Source: Eledone cirrhosa (Eukaryota). Taken from it: a DNA stretch of 64,000 bases. The notes beneath the pieces are model-generated. The model did not search any database and was not told the DNA's origin. It was given only the letters and a program-made list of their open reading frames with translations. A program made the position numbers and the translations under genes. Below, in pieces: positions 43,093 to 59,563 of this stretch (its first letter is position 1; each line of letters opens with the position of its first letter). The stretch covers positions 127,596,001 through 127,660,000 of the forward strand of contig OZ024740.1 of assembly GCA_964016885.1 (NCBI GenBank), given 5' to 3'.

Positions 43093-44526
43093 TTATATAT
43101 CGATCTATATATATATATATATATACACATCCATACACACACTCAAATATCTATGCTGAATATATGATGATATATCACAAGAAAATAATTGTTAATTGTC
43201 AATGTGTATGTGGGTGTTTTGCTTTCAGATCTCTGGAGGTAAAATAAATTCAGAAGTAGTTATGATAGGACACTTCGATCTTGAAAGTTACGTAGTGTAA
43301 TCTTTCAATACCGTGATATTTTAACTAGGAAACAATAAAAGCTGCAATTAGTAAAATCTTACAAAAAACAGACATCATTTTCAACGTGAAAGAACAAACT
43401 AGCAAAACACTTAACTTACTTCAAATAACAAAAGTAACATAAAAATTTAAATCTACACATTTGAAATTGTAAAGTTCATGACACTAAACATTACGTTAGA
43501 CACATTACTATGGCAGTTTCTAGTCAGTTGAATATGGACTTACAACGTGATACACACACAACATTTTATTACACCATGTATGCAATAACAGTTTATGAAA
43601 ATCGTTAGTTGGTAATATTACAATTCTATATAGAAATAAGGAAAGTAAGGGTGGAGAATGTATTACTATCAAAATATAAAGCTACATCAATATAGAGATA
43701 TAGTCTCTATGAACATAGTTATAGAATGTATCAGGCATTTACAAATGAATAATTTTCACCTCAGGTATCACTATTAGTCTCAGCATCATTTGAGACCTCT
43801 GATAATCATGCACACACTACAATTTTTCTGCAATTAATCTCATTCTAATGATGGACAGGAGTATCTCGATACGTTGATAGCCGTATGGATATAGGAACGG
43901 TATTGTTCCTAATCCAAATATAACGAGGAAAACTGGATTCTTTAGTAAGGAAAATTGAAAGATCCTTAATAAAGAATCCAAGCCTGAACTTGAGCATAGT
44001 ATTTTTCTTTTGAATATAATACCCCCTTATGTGTGTGCGTGTGAGTGCGGGCGCGTGTGCGTGTACTACACATACACACACATATATATATAATAAAAAT
44101 AATGAACAACGCTTGTTTTAATTTACCGTTTTCCCGATTTAATTTACCGTTTTCCTCACTAAATGAATCTGCCAAATTGCAGTAATGCAGTTGCAATCAG
44201 CTGTTCATAGTGCACACATTTAGTTAATAGCAGATAAATTGGCTGTTTTGGTTGAGATACAAGTAAATATATCAGCTCCTGGACGAGTTTATTTCTGTGT
44301 CATATAACTTCACAAATGCAGATATTACGTTCACAATGTTCATAAAACACGCATATATATATTTATATATATGCGTAAATATGTGTTAGTATATATATAC
44401 ATATTATATATATATATATACGTGTATATGTATATATGTATATTATATATATATACGTGTATATGTATATATATATATATAGTGACGAAACATAGGTTAA
44501 TTGCATGAACTCATAATCCCTTATTT

Positions 44527-44582
44527 ACTGCTATATATATTTCGATGATAGCCATTGAATTGCTATGACCTCATCAGGCAGT
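44527..44582 (-). ncRNA. Type I hammerhead ribozyme in a pLTR stub (44481-44645)
   Basis: actgc-CTGATGA-ggtcatagc/gctatcatc-GAAA-tatata-TA-gcagt; followed by a poly(A)-signal-like AAATAA and (TA)n. Confidence 0.82.
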
Positions 44583-44689
44583 TAGTCAGTTATTAGATAT
44601 GCCAGCTGTGTGTTTTTGGTGTTGATGTTTTCAGAGCCTTGGGACATATATATATATATATAAGTGTATATGTGTGTGTGAGTGTAAGT

Positions 44690-45090
44690 CTTCTTATTTT
44701 TCTTCGTCTTCACCTTCGTCGATATAATCCTGTCAGAAGCAACCATTTCCAACTTATCCGGCTGGATCCCCAAGCCTGACCAGCCAAGCTCATGGATATT
44801 ATCCCTAACCACTTGCCCATGGTATCGGAGCTGTGATCCGAAAGTAGGTGTTCTTCCTCGAGCGACTCTCTGATCTCCGAGCTACGCACTTCATGAAGTA
44901 ACATTAATCCAAAGACCCCTCGGAAGAACCGATTTCGGCCGCTTGTATTCCCATTCGTATTACTTCGGTCATTACCTAAGATTCATGAGCATAGAGAAGG
45001 GTTGGTACGAAAACCGAATTGGAGATAGAGCCTTTGGCATTTATGCCCCGCCCCCATTCTTACTGAATGCTGAAGCAGGCCCATCTGTAT
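44690..45090 (-). mobile_element. RTE LINE 3' remnant
   Basis: RMGIQAAEIG..GLMLLHEVRSSEIRESL and W..DNIHELGWSGLGIQP fragments; (GAA/GAC)-type tail near 44690-44720. Confidence 0.7.
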
Positions 45091-45395
45091 ACAAACATGT
45101 TGGTTCATTTAAAGGATTAATTACATGTATATTATTCCATAGTGAACATAATATTAACTATTGAAAGTGCTACATTAATAAGCACGCTTCAAATCCGACA
45201 CCACTAATCGTAACTTGATTATCAATTCACTGTTTAATTATAATAATTATTTGGCACACTATAAACCAGGACAATTACAGACTCTATCGTGTCTATTGAG
45301 GATATATTGTGCAAAAAGCTTCCCTCAACTTACCAAACATTATGGTAGAATACTCAGCAATAATCACTTAGATCTATCTATCTCTATCTATATTT

Positions 45396-45496
45396 CGAGG
45401 TTAACTTTGCCTTTCATCCTTACGGGGTCGATAAAATAAAGTACCAGTAATGCACTGGGTAATTGCTGGCCTTGTGCCAACAGTAGAAACAATTAT
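45396..45496 (+). mobile_element. SINE family 1, 3' half (diverged full copy at ~45803-46000)
   Basis: Core and tail match the other copies. Confidence 0.85.
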
Positions 45497-45623
45497 ATTT
45501 ATATATATGTAACTTTTTTTTGTTTTCTAGAGGACAATAGGCACCACTAGTTTATAAAATATCGTGACTGTGCTCCAATGGTTCTATTAGAAGTAATGCG
45601 AAGTGTTCTATGATATATATATG

Positions 45624-45654
<31 letters not shown>

Positions 45655-46358
45655 TTTTTTGTGTGTGTCTGTGTATGTGTGTGTGTGTGTGTGTGTGCGT
45701 GTTTGGGGGTGTATGTTTCTCAGTATGTGTGTGTGTGTGTTTGTGATTTTGACAGATATGTGTAGCCGTATTCAATTACTAAATAACTTTTCATAATATG
45801 TGGTATGGTATTGATAGTATTGCTAGAGTGTCAGACACATGCATTACGGCGTAGAGTTATGACCCTTTACGTTCTGAGTTCAAATCCCGCAGAGGTTACC
45901 TTTGCCTTTCATCCTTATGATGTCGATAAAGTAAAGCATTTTTAATATTTAAGGCATTGGGGTAATCACAGGTCTTTCGCCAAAAGTAGCGACAATTATT
46001 TGGTATGGCTAAGTAATGAATTGTATTGCTTCCTCCCCTCTTCACTCCTTTACTTTTTCCTCCACCCCACTTGAAATTTTCTACATTGTCTCCATTTCTT
46101 TGTTATCATCCTCCTTTGTGTTTCTCTTTCTCTTTTCTCTCTCCTTCGTCATACACTCTCTATTACTGTCCACATCTCCCCTGATATGCACCCCACCCCC
46201 ACGTAACAATCCAAATACAAAACCTGAGCATCACACATTTCCCTATTTATACAGTCTTTGTCACTGAACATTTTGTCTTTGTTCATTACATTCGTACACA
46301 GGTGTAATTCTAGAGTAACAAGATTTGAGCATAATAAAGAATTATATATATTTATAGT

Positions 46359-46404
<46 letters not shown>

Positions 46405-46406
46405 AT

Positions 46407-46973
46407 AAATAGGATTTCGCTTCAAGCATAGCTTTATACAAATATGTATAGACATTTCGTATTTCTAAAGAAACACGGTTTTAGGAAGCCGTAGCTATGC
46501 AAACACTGGGGTTAACGACCTCTGGTGGTGTCCAGCAGAAGTAAGAGGGACAACCGTCTATGCATGTCAGCCTTGACTTGCCTTCGTCAGGACGGTCCCT
46601 CCCACCGCTTGCAACTGCTGGACTTGAAAACAGTCGAGAATATATAGTTTTCTCGTCGGTGTAAATGAGGTGAATAATCTCATTTGCATATGAAACTGCA
46701 TAAGTTGGCTTAACTCATAATAGAAAAGAAATAGGATTTCGCTTCAAGCATAACGTTATATAAATATGTATAGTAATTTCGTGAAAACTATATATTCTCG
46801 ACTGTTTTCAAATCCACCAGTTGCAAGCGGTGAGAAGGACCGTCCTGACGAAAGCCAGAAATGCATAGACGGTTGTCCCCCTTACTTCTACTGGACACCA
46901 GCAGAGGGCGTTAGCCCGGGTGTTTTCATAGCTACGGCTTCCTAAAACCATGTTTCTTTAGAAATACGGAATT
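46407..46973. mobile_element. ~322-nt HHR monomer (family B): partial tandem plus inverted copy
   Basis: aggatttcgcttcaagcata at 46411 and 46733; 46783-46973 is the reverse complement of ~46455-46652; HHRs at 46553-46596 (-, GACA) and 46839-46873 (+, stem II deleted). Confidence 0.85.
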
Positions 46974-48176
46974 TATATATATATATATATATATCCAGTT
47001 TCAGCTCTCCAGTTCTAGCCACTGCCGATTTCATCTTGATGGAGATAGAGGATTGGACTGGTTCCTTATTTACCGATTCTCAAAAGAGGAAAAGAAATGC
47101 ATCCTTGCTGATATTTGAAATTACACGGCCAGATTCAATATAGCTGTCCAACAAATTATGGTTAAATGCTTTTTTGAAGAGGAACAGAAAGAAACCAAAT
47201 TTAAAGCAGGTACATTAAATAGTTTATGTAATTGCTTTATTTCACATAGAAATGACCTATAAAGGACAAGAACCGAATCTTTATACTGATAATTTTAAAC
47301 GAATGAAACATATCTCGTCTTGTTGAAGTTATTTCTGTTTCAAATATATCAAATATATCATATATATTTGTGTATGTGTGTGTGTGTATGACTGTGTATG
47401 AGTATATGTATGTGTGTATGAATACTTATTTCAGTTCTAAGAAAGGAAAGTTCCCTCACCTCTATATCAATACAATGCGAATATTTGAATAGTAGAGCTA
47501 AAATGGTAATCCGAGAATGCATGCTACATTGCTTCTGTTGTATAGCAATATACAAAGCATGTTATAATGTTAAAATACAGTTAACACAGCAAAGAAAAAT
47601 GTCTAAAATGTAACATTTCACAGGCGCAAAATTAAATAAACAAGGTGCTGCTAAAGTAGCATTCATTTAATGCTTCGAAGTTCTGACACAGGTTACAGTG
47701 AGAAATGCTACTACCTCAAAGATTATAATATATATTGTAGAGTTGAAATTTCATCCGAAGCAAAACATTTACAGTTCATAGTAATGGTATTATCTACCTA
47801 TCGAGCAGGTAGCCATCATTTGCTGTAATGTAGGTTCATTCTAGACCATGCTTAGAGCTACAGATGTCATACCCAATAGATTTCTCTTCGTGTTGAATGA
47901 CCATTACTATAACATTTTTGATACGAAATCCTATATAATGTAATACCTTCCAGTTTCATTTTAGAAAATAATTCTGTGCTATGAAAACACAATATATTAC
48001 TTCTGCTGTTGAATTTTCCACAACCGATAATTCAGATTTTCAAAGCTTTTAGTTAAAACTATAATTATATAGAATTTTATAAGTTTTTTGTTTTTGTTTT
48101 TTGTACATGAATAGAAACTACTGACGACAAATATTGCAAGTTTAATTTCATTACACACACTCACACACACACGGAG

Positions 48177-48209
<33 letters not shown>

Positions 48210-48938
48210 GTCTCTATCTCTTGTAGTTAGCTTTCAGCAATCCCAGTAGGGGACCCAGCTTAAATTTACTTTTGGAAGCATGTCATTTCAGATAATAAAT
48301 AAAACCTTATGTTCATAACATATAGAAGGAGCTGGAGAGAGAATTGGACTATTCCATAAACTAAATCAAAATTAGTAGGTACTGGCCCAAGTAAACATAA
48401 TCTGTTACATGACATATTCATTCAGCTTCATAAAACATTTATTATATTGTTGTTTTAATTTTGCAATTTTAAGATAGATTATTGAGCAAGAAATTCACGG
48501 TTTTCACGATGTTGTATACCCCATGTACTTTAATTTTTCTGCGCATTTCAGTTCATTCTAATGGTTTCGATTCACCTTACAAGATAATGAATAGCAACGT
48601 GTGTGCCTCTACGCGTTTTAAAAAAGATGACCATTGAACAACGTAGTCCTAGATGTACTAAGTGTCAAAGAATGAGTGGAACGAATCTATAGTCAGAGAT
48701 GAAACTGTTATGCTCATATGTTTGCTGAAGTAGGTGGTATCTGGCGGTAAACGACACTGAAGATAGTAACCAAGCTCTTCATGATTATGTATTATGCTTT
48801 CGCTTCCCTTTCGTGTTTTGTGCAATATTTGCCACTTACCATTAAAGTACTTACAGTTACTATAAGAACTTGTACGTCTGAGTATTAGGTTTGCCGGAGC
48901 CTATTTTGTCCATGAAGAAGAAGAAGAAGAAGAAGAAG

Positions 48939-48969
<31 letters not shown>

Positions 48970-50039
48970 GAGACAAGCCGGAGAGAAAGAAGTACAGGAT
49001 TTTGGTATTTGTTTATGGACTCAGAAAGAATGAAAGGCTAATTTGAACCCTTTGAGATTTGAACTCTCTCAATTCATCACCTTTACATTTATTATTGATG
49101 AGTCAGTGTATGTCTTAAAATGAATATTATATGTTCAATGTAAAACATAATATACGCGGCAAGTATTTGGAATGAATATTGCTGAAATATTTGATAATCA
49201 TAACCCCGCTCGGTATTATGGAAGACATATTCAGAGTGATGGGTATATATGTATACAAAGAGACAGATTATCAGTTAAACAGACAAACAGGCAGACAGTG
49301 GAAAATGATTTATAGTGCTCCATAGCAGAAATAGCATGCTGAAATTGTTTTCTAAATATCGGAGGCAAATAAAATACTGTCATTTTGTTTTGTATTATTA
49401 TCGTCCACATACCAATTTATTTCCCAAGTTAAGGAGTAAAATTTTAGAAGTGTACTCGTTTTTCCAATTATATTGATCATTCGTTATTTGCCTTTAAATT
49501 ATGTTCTGGCGGAAATAAGAGAACTAATTTACTTCTACTTGAAGAGGAATCAAACGCAGATACTTTCGAGAGGCACTAGAGAATCAGTATAAATCATGTT
49601 TCCATACCACGTGGAATGATACAGGCATAAGAACTTCTGAAATGCCTGAAGTAAATATATAAAATTAGATTTAATAAGGACAGGGTATATGATTTATGAC
49701 CGGATTGCAATAATTGCATAATGATGATGATGGTGATGATATTGATTCTCCTGGAAATGACAACGATCATGATAATTCTTCACGTTGAATCAAGTTAAGA
49801 TATACCTAGGGAAGAGATAATTTCAACGTTTCCTTAAACTGCAATTTAATACGGGTACCTTTAAAATCCTGAATACAGGAAATGTAAACTTGGCCGTTTC
49901 ATAAGATCAGACTATTAGTAAACACCTTATAACATCGTCGTACGAGCATTATTTTGTTTCCATCGTTCACTGTTTAAATATTCTACAAAAATTAATAATA
50001 TTAATATTAACAATTCTTTCTTTATTGTCCCCAAGTCCC

Positions 50040-50995
50040 TACATATAAGGGACAATAAAAAAGACAGGGGCAGTGGGGATGATTTTACACAAAATCAAGT
50101 AAATAATATACAAACAATAACGACAAACCAAAAAATTATAACATAATAAATTCCCTAATAGGGCAGAAATCCACCCAGCGACGACTCTTATACACCACGA
50201 ATTCTGAACTAGCCGATGCTTCAGAGCATTCAGAGAGGGCATCAAATCCAACATCAAATCCAACAGGCACATCATCAGAGTAGGTCCATTATCCCGGGCC
50301 ATTCTCACTATATTAACCCACCTTTTAGCAAATGTACTGGGGGACAGCACTTCACTCTCCACCCTCACATTCCTTTCTAAGTGAAACTTGAAAAAGGTGA
50401 TGAAGGATTGACGGAAGTGAAAAATGTCTGTCTTCAGTCCTTTCAACCTAGTCCACCATACAACCTATTTTACTACGACCACCAGGCAGAGGAATACTGC
50501 TTGCACTTCATGGACAAAAGAAAACGACGGAGTGATCTTCATCATGGACTAGCCGAATCCGCCATTCACATGCTAACTTCACAATTAGTAATGCATGGAG
50601 CATGAACGAGAGCGCGCATAACGGTTTTGTCGCTTTGCGCGCATGTAGGACAGGTCCGTCTGTCCACACATCCATACCTGGTAGCACTGCCAAGCGATAG
50701 ACATCTGTAAGCTATCTATAGTTTCCGGCTCGTCGCCCCACGCGTATCTCAGACATGCCCGGCTCACGGCATTTCCTTGCTTGTAAAGATTATCTCGAAC
50801 AAGACACACTCCCCGTCGGTATTGCAAGGCCAAGGATTTCTGGAAGTTATATATTGAAAGTCCTCCGGAAGATGATAGCTATTTAGCTTGTGTGGAAACC
50901 CAGATTTTCCCCACGGACGTCGTTACACTTGCCTTCCACTAACCCTCTATTAAAAGACAGGTTGGAGTTTCTAACGATCGCAAAACCCGATTTGC
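50040..50995 (-). mobile_element. L1/Tx1-like LINE ORF2 3' remnant
   Basis: zf-RVT-like LVRDNLYK..C....EPETID..C..VW and terminal FAKRWV motif typical of L1/Tx1 ends; several frameshifts. Confidence 0.6.
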
Positions 50996-53233
50996 AAAGT
51001 GTAGTTAGGACATTGATACATTCCAATTTCCATAATAATAAAAATAATAACAATAATGTCTTTATTAGTCACCCACGCCCCACATTGAGAAAACATTTAG
51101 GATATCAGAGGCTGGTGGGGAACGGCACAGGTTAGTAGTGGACGACAGAGAACGATACAGTGTTGGTTTGGCGTGCAAATGTGTAGGCCGTCAACGTGAA
51201 AGTTTATCCTGCGAAACTTCAGGATAGTGCTGCTTAAAAGCCACACACATTTGCTTGACACCAAATAATATGCACCTGAGGTGGCACGCCAAACATCGAA
51301 TTTTGAATGTTTAACGCCATTCGTTCTCGTTGAATTTGTTTCACGCCATTCGTCCCTTTGTGTGTAATTCCACGCGCCTTATCTCTGACAACACAACCCT
51401 GTTGTTTAGCATTGGATAATTAGTCCAGGGCCAATCTCGTCAGAATAATATTAATCCTGCATCCTTTTGGCAGTAATTGCTTAGCTTTTGAGAGATCAAT
51501 ATATATTCTTTAGAAAAATCTGACATTTTATAGCAGCGTTTAAGTGCACGTTTGCAATATGTTTCCATGAGTTCGCCGTTTAAATACCACAGCTGTGGTT
51601 GAAAAGGGCTCGAGCCTGTACTGTATTAATTTACTTTATTAGATAACTCGCCTCAAAATGTGTGTCCTCTACTAGTAGGAAAATTATCTTTTTTAGGTCT
51701 ATCTGATTTGATTTTGTTTCTCATTACAATTGAAATATATTAAAGAAAAGCTGAATGAAAATAATCAAATCAATGGAGGGAGGAGCGGATATGATGAGAG
51801 ATAAATACATATACAGAGAGAAAAGGAGAAAATAAATACATAAATACACACATAAATATATTGCAAGGACGAAAGACAAAATAAGACACGAGAGTAAACT
51901 TAGTGACTGTGAAATTATAAAGCCCAGAGGAAATATCATATACAACAGTGAACGAAATAAAGGAAAAATAAATGGCATCAGTTTCTCATGAAAAATGACG
52001 TTCTTAAAAGAAGAACCGCGATCATATGATATGAGACCATTGTCGAGATGAAGAATTAAAATATAAAATGTCCATAAGGAATTGTATTCAGTAATTGCAA
52101 ATTATTGACTTGAAATTAGGAAAGAAATTGAGAAATATATACTGACAAGATATTGAACAAGAATAATAATTATATTACTAATAAAGATATTTATTTACTC
52201 TCCTTTTAATGACTGCACTGCCGTGTTTTATTTTTGTTCTTATCTACTCCCACATCATAAAAATAGTTATCGTTTTACATAAGAAGTATTTATTTGCGTC
52301 CATGGGCCCTTAAATCCTGATTGACTCGTGAGCTCTCTGTCACGATATAAACATAGTGAGACATATCCCTCTTCCTGTCTCAACATAGTGGTTTTCTTCC
52401 AAAGAAAGAGAAAGTGAGAAAATAACAGAGCGAGAAAGGGGAAGAAATTAGAATAAGCTATAGCAGGAGTATCACTCCCATTACGGATACTTTATTTATC
52501 GACCTCCAAACGCGGAATACTAATGTTGACACCGGTGCAATTTGAAATCAGATCACAGTGAGACGTATCGGAAAGTGCGAAACACTCTATCCAACATTCT
52601 GATGACTTTATCAATTCTTCACCAATGTCGCTAGTGGTCATCAACTTGAAAGAAATTTTAGCGTACCTTCTTCTCAAGCATTGGTGAGTGGGGCAAAAGG
52701 ATGTTTTGCTACCGAATTCCAGTTACAGGTATCGGACTGCGGCAATATTTGAGCTCATCCTTCAAGAGTTGCAGAGTGACATAAGGACCCAAGTGATTAT
52801 TTCAGTCAGGTATTTATTTCATCCATTAATTTTTTAAATTTTGTTATTTATTTCGTCGTTTTCTATTAAATGTTGAACTTACCCTGTCTATGTTTTAAAT
52901 CTCCATCGCTTTCGATGATGAGAGCAACAACGTATGACCAGAGGAACATATTTCTCGGGAAATTAACGTGAAAATAGTCATAGAAACATTTACACTTCAC
53001 TTGAATTTCTGGAAAATTCCGCGTAATGCAGAATTAGACAAAGCTGGCAATATACTAGGTGAGCGGATTTGAGCGACGTGAAATAAATTGTCGTGCCCAA
53101 AAATATATTGCACCTCAGGGATTCGATATTATGATATTTAAATCGCGAGCCGAAAACACTAAACAATAAACCATACGCCTTCAGTCACAAACATACACAC
53201 ACATTCCCATAAATCACTCCCCCCATATATATA

Positions 53234-53342
<109 letters not shown>

Positions 53343-53604
53343 ATATGTGCGTGTGTATACGAGATAATAAATTAAATTTCTTTTGTTTAGATCAAATGAA
53401 TTATGTTTCAGGTAAATGCGCCAACAAAATAAATATGGACGACTGCTTTCGAATGAACATTGTATAAAGCAGTCAGCGGATGTAGACGGTTACGTAATTG
53501 TAAAGAAACATGTTAAAGATTGAACACACAATAAGTTTCTCCTGCTGTCCATTTCTTCCTGCCTAGCTTTTCCTGTTTCCTGCGACCATACTAATACTTG
53601 TATG

Positions 53605-54420
<816 letters not shown>

Positions 54421-57400
54421 GAAGCTCATCACCAGATATGTGTGTGTAAACTTGTCTTGTACATCGCCTTTCTGTATTTTCCTCTTCCACTCACCTCTTT
54501 GCGCCAGCACACTTTTCCTCCTTGTTCTCTTACTCTTTCGGTCTTTTCTATATTCCATCTGCCTGTAATCTACCTCGTGCATTGCCTCTCCTTTGACTAC
54601 TGTCACCGCTCTCTATCTTCAGATCCATTTTGTCCAGTGCTGTTTTTGAAAGCTTTTAGGTGTTTTAAGGTCTATACTAGCGATTAGTTTTCTCATGTTT
54701 TTATGTATTCAAATACACTCTTGTTTCGATTAAAGACAACATTGTTTAAATGAATATGTTTATGCACACCCGTACACATATACGCATGTTTATTTATTCC
54801 TACATACAGTTTCCATCTACCAATCAATGTTTAAATCGATGTTTTTGTGTGAGTATACACCTACATAAGTTACCACAAAATTGGGATAAAGTTCATAAAT
54901 ATGTAGTTGGAGAACAAATTCCTTGAAGAGGCCGCTCTTAACTTTATCAACTTTAACACTATTCATCACGTTCTGATCGACAATGCTATTATTCTTTCGT
55001 GTATTGCTTGACGACCTAGTAATCATATCCAAAGTTATTGAGATGTTCATTATCGTGATGTGACCCATGCTGAATACTTGCGTGTTTTCATTTTTCAAAT
55101 TTTTCAGAATGAAGAAAAACATTAAAAGTTTTTAAACCATATTTCTTTTCTCTCAACAAGAAATATCTATCTCCGGAAGTCATATTGCTAAATCTTCTGC
55201 ACGAAGAAAAAGCAGAATAAAGTAAATGATTGTTTCACACCAAAGGGCAAAATATATTCTACACACTTTTTAACATATCCTGCTGGATATGTTGGTGAGG
55301 AAATTACCAATAATCATAACCTAATTCAAAAAGGAATCAACATGTTGTAAATCCAATTGGATTTGAGATGAACTGCGATTGTCAAGACACAATAAAACAA
55401 TTATATAAGGAGTACTTCTCACTTTCCTCTTCTTTTACACATGGTGGCCTTGCTCAGAATAGTCAGCGCAAGGGCACGTTGTTTGAGGTTAGAGGAAACC
55501 TTACGCATGTAGCATCGACCACGAATTACACGTTCACCTCATTTGATGACCGCCTCAAGAAATCATTTTCTCTGCTAATAGCCTATCTCGAATTGAGGTG
55601 GGCCACACTATTTTGAACCTTGTCTCAGTTCCTACCAATCTAGAGATGCAAAACGGATCAGCACCAAACAAGTCAGTCGGCAATACTTATCGGTACCGTT
55701 CCGTCTTCCCAATCCGCCCCAGCCAGTTTGCAGCAACAGCAGTAATAGCAATAGCAATAGTACCTGTAGCTGTTACATTGTAGTATGTTTTTGTGTTTTA
55801 CATGTTGACCACAATTCATTAGGGCAAAATCTCAAAGAAAATAGAAATGTTTTAGTGGGATTGAGAAACTGCATTACAGAATTAAGTTGGATTAATTAAG
55901 TTTTCTAATATTCAAAGACGGTATGTGCTTTTGGAGAAAGATAAGCTTTGAAAATTTTGCCTTTATTTTATATTATTATTTTGATGAAAAATAAATACAC
56001 ATATAATTTTATTTCTTAGGCACAAGAGAATTCAATAGTATTTCTCTTATCTTTAGAACTTCTATTTTATATACTAACATTTTAGTTTGTATAACCTCGT
56101 CATATTGTTATCTATTGTATATTGGAAATTTTAAAATCTGGAGATTAGTTATTTAAGGTGAGTAGATCATTATTTAGCTAGACAATTATTTTCACTTGTT
56201 CGACAACAAATGATGGTTTTTAGGTTTCTTGAAGTAGAACCATAATAATTCCTAAGCTGTTTGACTGCTGTAAATTATCCGACACTGTTTACATTTCTTC
56301 TATTGCATAATTGACTACCAAGAGTACTTCTCGTGCTCTACATCACTTAAACTATATACAAAAGAAATCATGAAAAACACTTCACCAAAAAAATGTCGTC
56401 GATAATTTTTTGTTGGATTTTTTAATGAATATTATTTTCTACTGACTCACTCTTGCCATATATTCCAGAGATCATTAACACTTCCAAAACAATTCTAAAG
56501 CAGATTATACGAATCTAATCCTTCCTCTAATATATATATTTGAATGCGTTTATGGGCTGCAAATTCGAATGTTTACGATACAGGGTATTGTAAGTTATGA
56601 TGTAGGCTGCGACGTGGCAGAACTGCTAGAACATCAGGTAGAGTGATTTGGATATAAGTTCATGGTCCCTGAGTTCAAATCACTCTGACGTCAAATCCTT
56701 CCTTTGATTTCTTTTTATTCAATTCAACAAAAGATATATGCATTATTTTCTATAGAAAATATACAAGTTGACATTGCCTTTTACTGTCATATTCTTATAA
56801 GGAACATTTGATTATACTCTCCAAATATACAATTGTTAAACATAAACATTTTCGAATATCTAGCAAACGCTTCATATCAAATTTCTGACTAATATCTTTC
56901 TCGTATACATTTAGATATGTTGAATTAATATTACATCCTTTATAATGATGAATTCCCTCGCTGAGTTTATTTCAATGTATATATTTTTGTAGTATTGTTG
57001 TGTCATAAAAGAAAGTAAAATCTCAATTAATATCGAATGGATATTTAGGCAACTTATTTAAAAAAAAAAAGTGTATAGCTTAATATACAAAATATCTAAA
57101 GAAAAACATCAAAAATATTATATCTAATATTTTCAACATAATATGACACTTCATGGTCACTGAAAATGAATTCAGATTTTGAAGGACTTTAGTTCGTCGT
57201 TGATTTTAATTCGATTTCACTGGTCGGGAAATTAGACAAACATTTTTTTTACCATACCCTCATGAGAACAAAATATAGGAGAATGGGGAAACGTCATAGC
57301 AGTTTGTGAATAGAACGTTTTTCTTCTTCAAGCGGGGTTTAGACTCAATCCTTTATCAAGTTTAACACAACCACCTGACACTGGGGCGTTTAAGGAAGCG

Positions 57401-58818
57401 TTGTCTCAATTACATATATGTAGGTCAAGTCCAAGAACAATTTCCTCTATTTCTACAAAAGTGATGGTGACCCAGGAAAGCGTCATAGTTCCAGTCTTCC
57501 CTCTGAGTACACTTTTAAAAATTCGAAATCCGAACAACAATTATGGAATAGCTGGTGTGATATATCTAAATAGCCTGGTGGTGAAATTGAATGTAAAAAC
57601 CTCAATCAAAATAGTAATCATTTTAAAGTAAGTATACACTGGTTTTTAATTAAATAAGGCTATACAAAATAAGCGAAATTGTATTCAGATAAATGTTACA
57701 TTAGAGAAATCATATTCAAATATTCAATGCATTTGTGTTGCCATATTAGTAGTATCTAGAGATATTCACAAGTGTCCACTAGCTTAGCTTTGATATAAGT
57801 CACCTTGCCTTCTATAATATAATTTTATTCCCAATCTTTGACTCGAAATATACATTATGAGGTGGCAATAGGGAACTCAGTGAAATTATTTAAATGCCAA
57901 CCAAACACCTTCCAGTCATTAGATAGATCATAACAAAGTAGACGCAATGTACAAATGCATTTTTGCTGGCTTGTTATGGTCGCTTCAAATTGCCAGGAGA
58001 ACATAATTAAGATTGCTGTATGAGATACATCAATCGATTCCTGTAAATAATAAATAAAGCTGACACTGAAATTGTTTCAATCAAGATCAATGCGATACGA
58101 TGTGGCATCAAGTTCAATTTGAGAAAATTGTCCAACTACAATCTAGATGTTGGTATAAAATGGCAAGTATATTGCCGGAATCATACAACTAAGGGTGACA
58201 AAATTCTCAATGTTAACTTTAACATCTTTATAGTCAGGAATTAACATTTTATAAATATAAAAGCTTATAGGAAACATTTTTACACTTCATATAAGTTAAT
58301 ATCAGTCACGAAACTTGAAATGGGATGAAATCATTTCCAGTAGACATTAATTATATTCCCGCTGGATATTCCGTCTGAGACCTTCATACTATTAGAGTAA
58401 TTAGCTAAATTCTAGTCAAACTATAACTATAATAAAAGTTTAGTCTCCGGATTTGATGGCCGGCAATTAAATATACATATAATGCAACAGTGTTAATGCA
58501 CAGGTCAACAGTAAATAACAGATCAGAAAATGTTACTAACATTTCAGTTGAACCATCGTAATATCATGAGTTGCGAATTGACACGAATCCTTGGCTCCAG
58601 CTTTTCTGACTAGTGTCAAATGATTTATTGTGCACACACACACATACACACATACACCACACACGCACATACATCCATGTACATCTTTCTCTCTCTTTCT
58701 CGCACACTCCCTCTCTCTTTCTATATATATATATATTTATATTATATATATATATAAGCGTCAGTCATACAAAAGTGAGTTACAAACGAAACGAAATTTA
58801 ATTTCGTTTCGTTATTTG

Positions 58819-58899
<81 letters not shown>

Positions 58900-59001
58900 A
58901 CATATATATATATATATATGTATACATATATATATATATACATATATATTTATATATATATATATATACATATATATTTATATATATATATATATATATA
59001 T

Positions 59002-59563
59002 ATCGGTAAAGGTAACTATAGTAGGTAAAGTCAATTTTTTAAAATTTATTTTGAAACTTTTTCATTATTTACTAAACCTTGTTTATATTTGTTCTGGCTC
59101 GTTAATTTATTAACCCGCCATTGAACCACACTGGCATTTGGTTGGACAATACATGCGTACCTTGGCGCCTTGTGCGTGAAGGAACGTATTTCCTATTACT
59201 ACTACCTCCACTAACGTTGAGAACAAATTTGGTCGTTCCGACTGCTGCTAGCAATAGCTGTGGCTAGTTTGACCTACCTCCTTTTGCCTCTATCTTTGCT
59301 ACGGCCCTTGATAAACCTGTTCTACATCATCCACTCTCATCCCAGGAACAGTTTTTGATAGCGCTAGTTTGTGATTTAAATTCAGGAATTTTATATTCTT
59401 TGAATGAAAAGAACCTTCTGACGAGAATCTTTCTTTGCAACGAAGGCCGTGTGGTCTCCGTTTTATTTTGGGGATTCGAAACCGATCGGTAAAGGTAACT
59501 ATAGTAGGTAAAGTCAATTTTTTTAAATTTATTTCGAAACTTTTTCATTATTTACTAAACCTT

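Noticed and set aside
46815-46915. Twister-like words (ttgcaagc, gcagaggg)
   Set aside because: I could not build the twister P1/P2/P4 pairings, and an HHR occupies the interval.
54817-55122. 101-aa non-repetitive ORF
   Set aside because: No recognisable domain or supportable splice structure; the length is compatible with chance.
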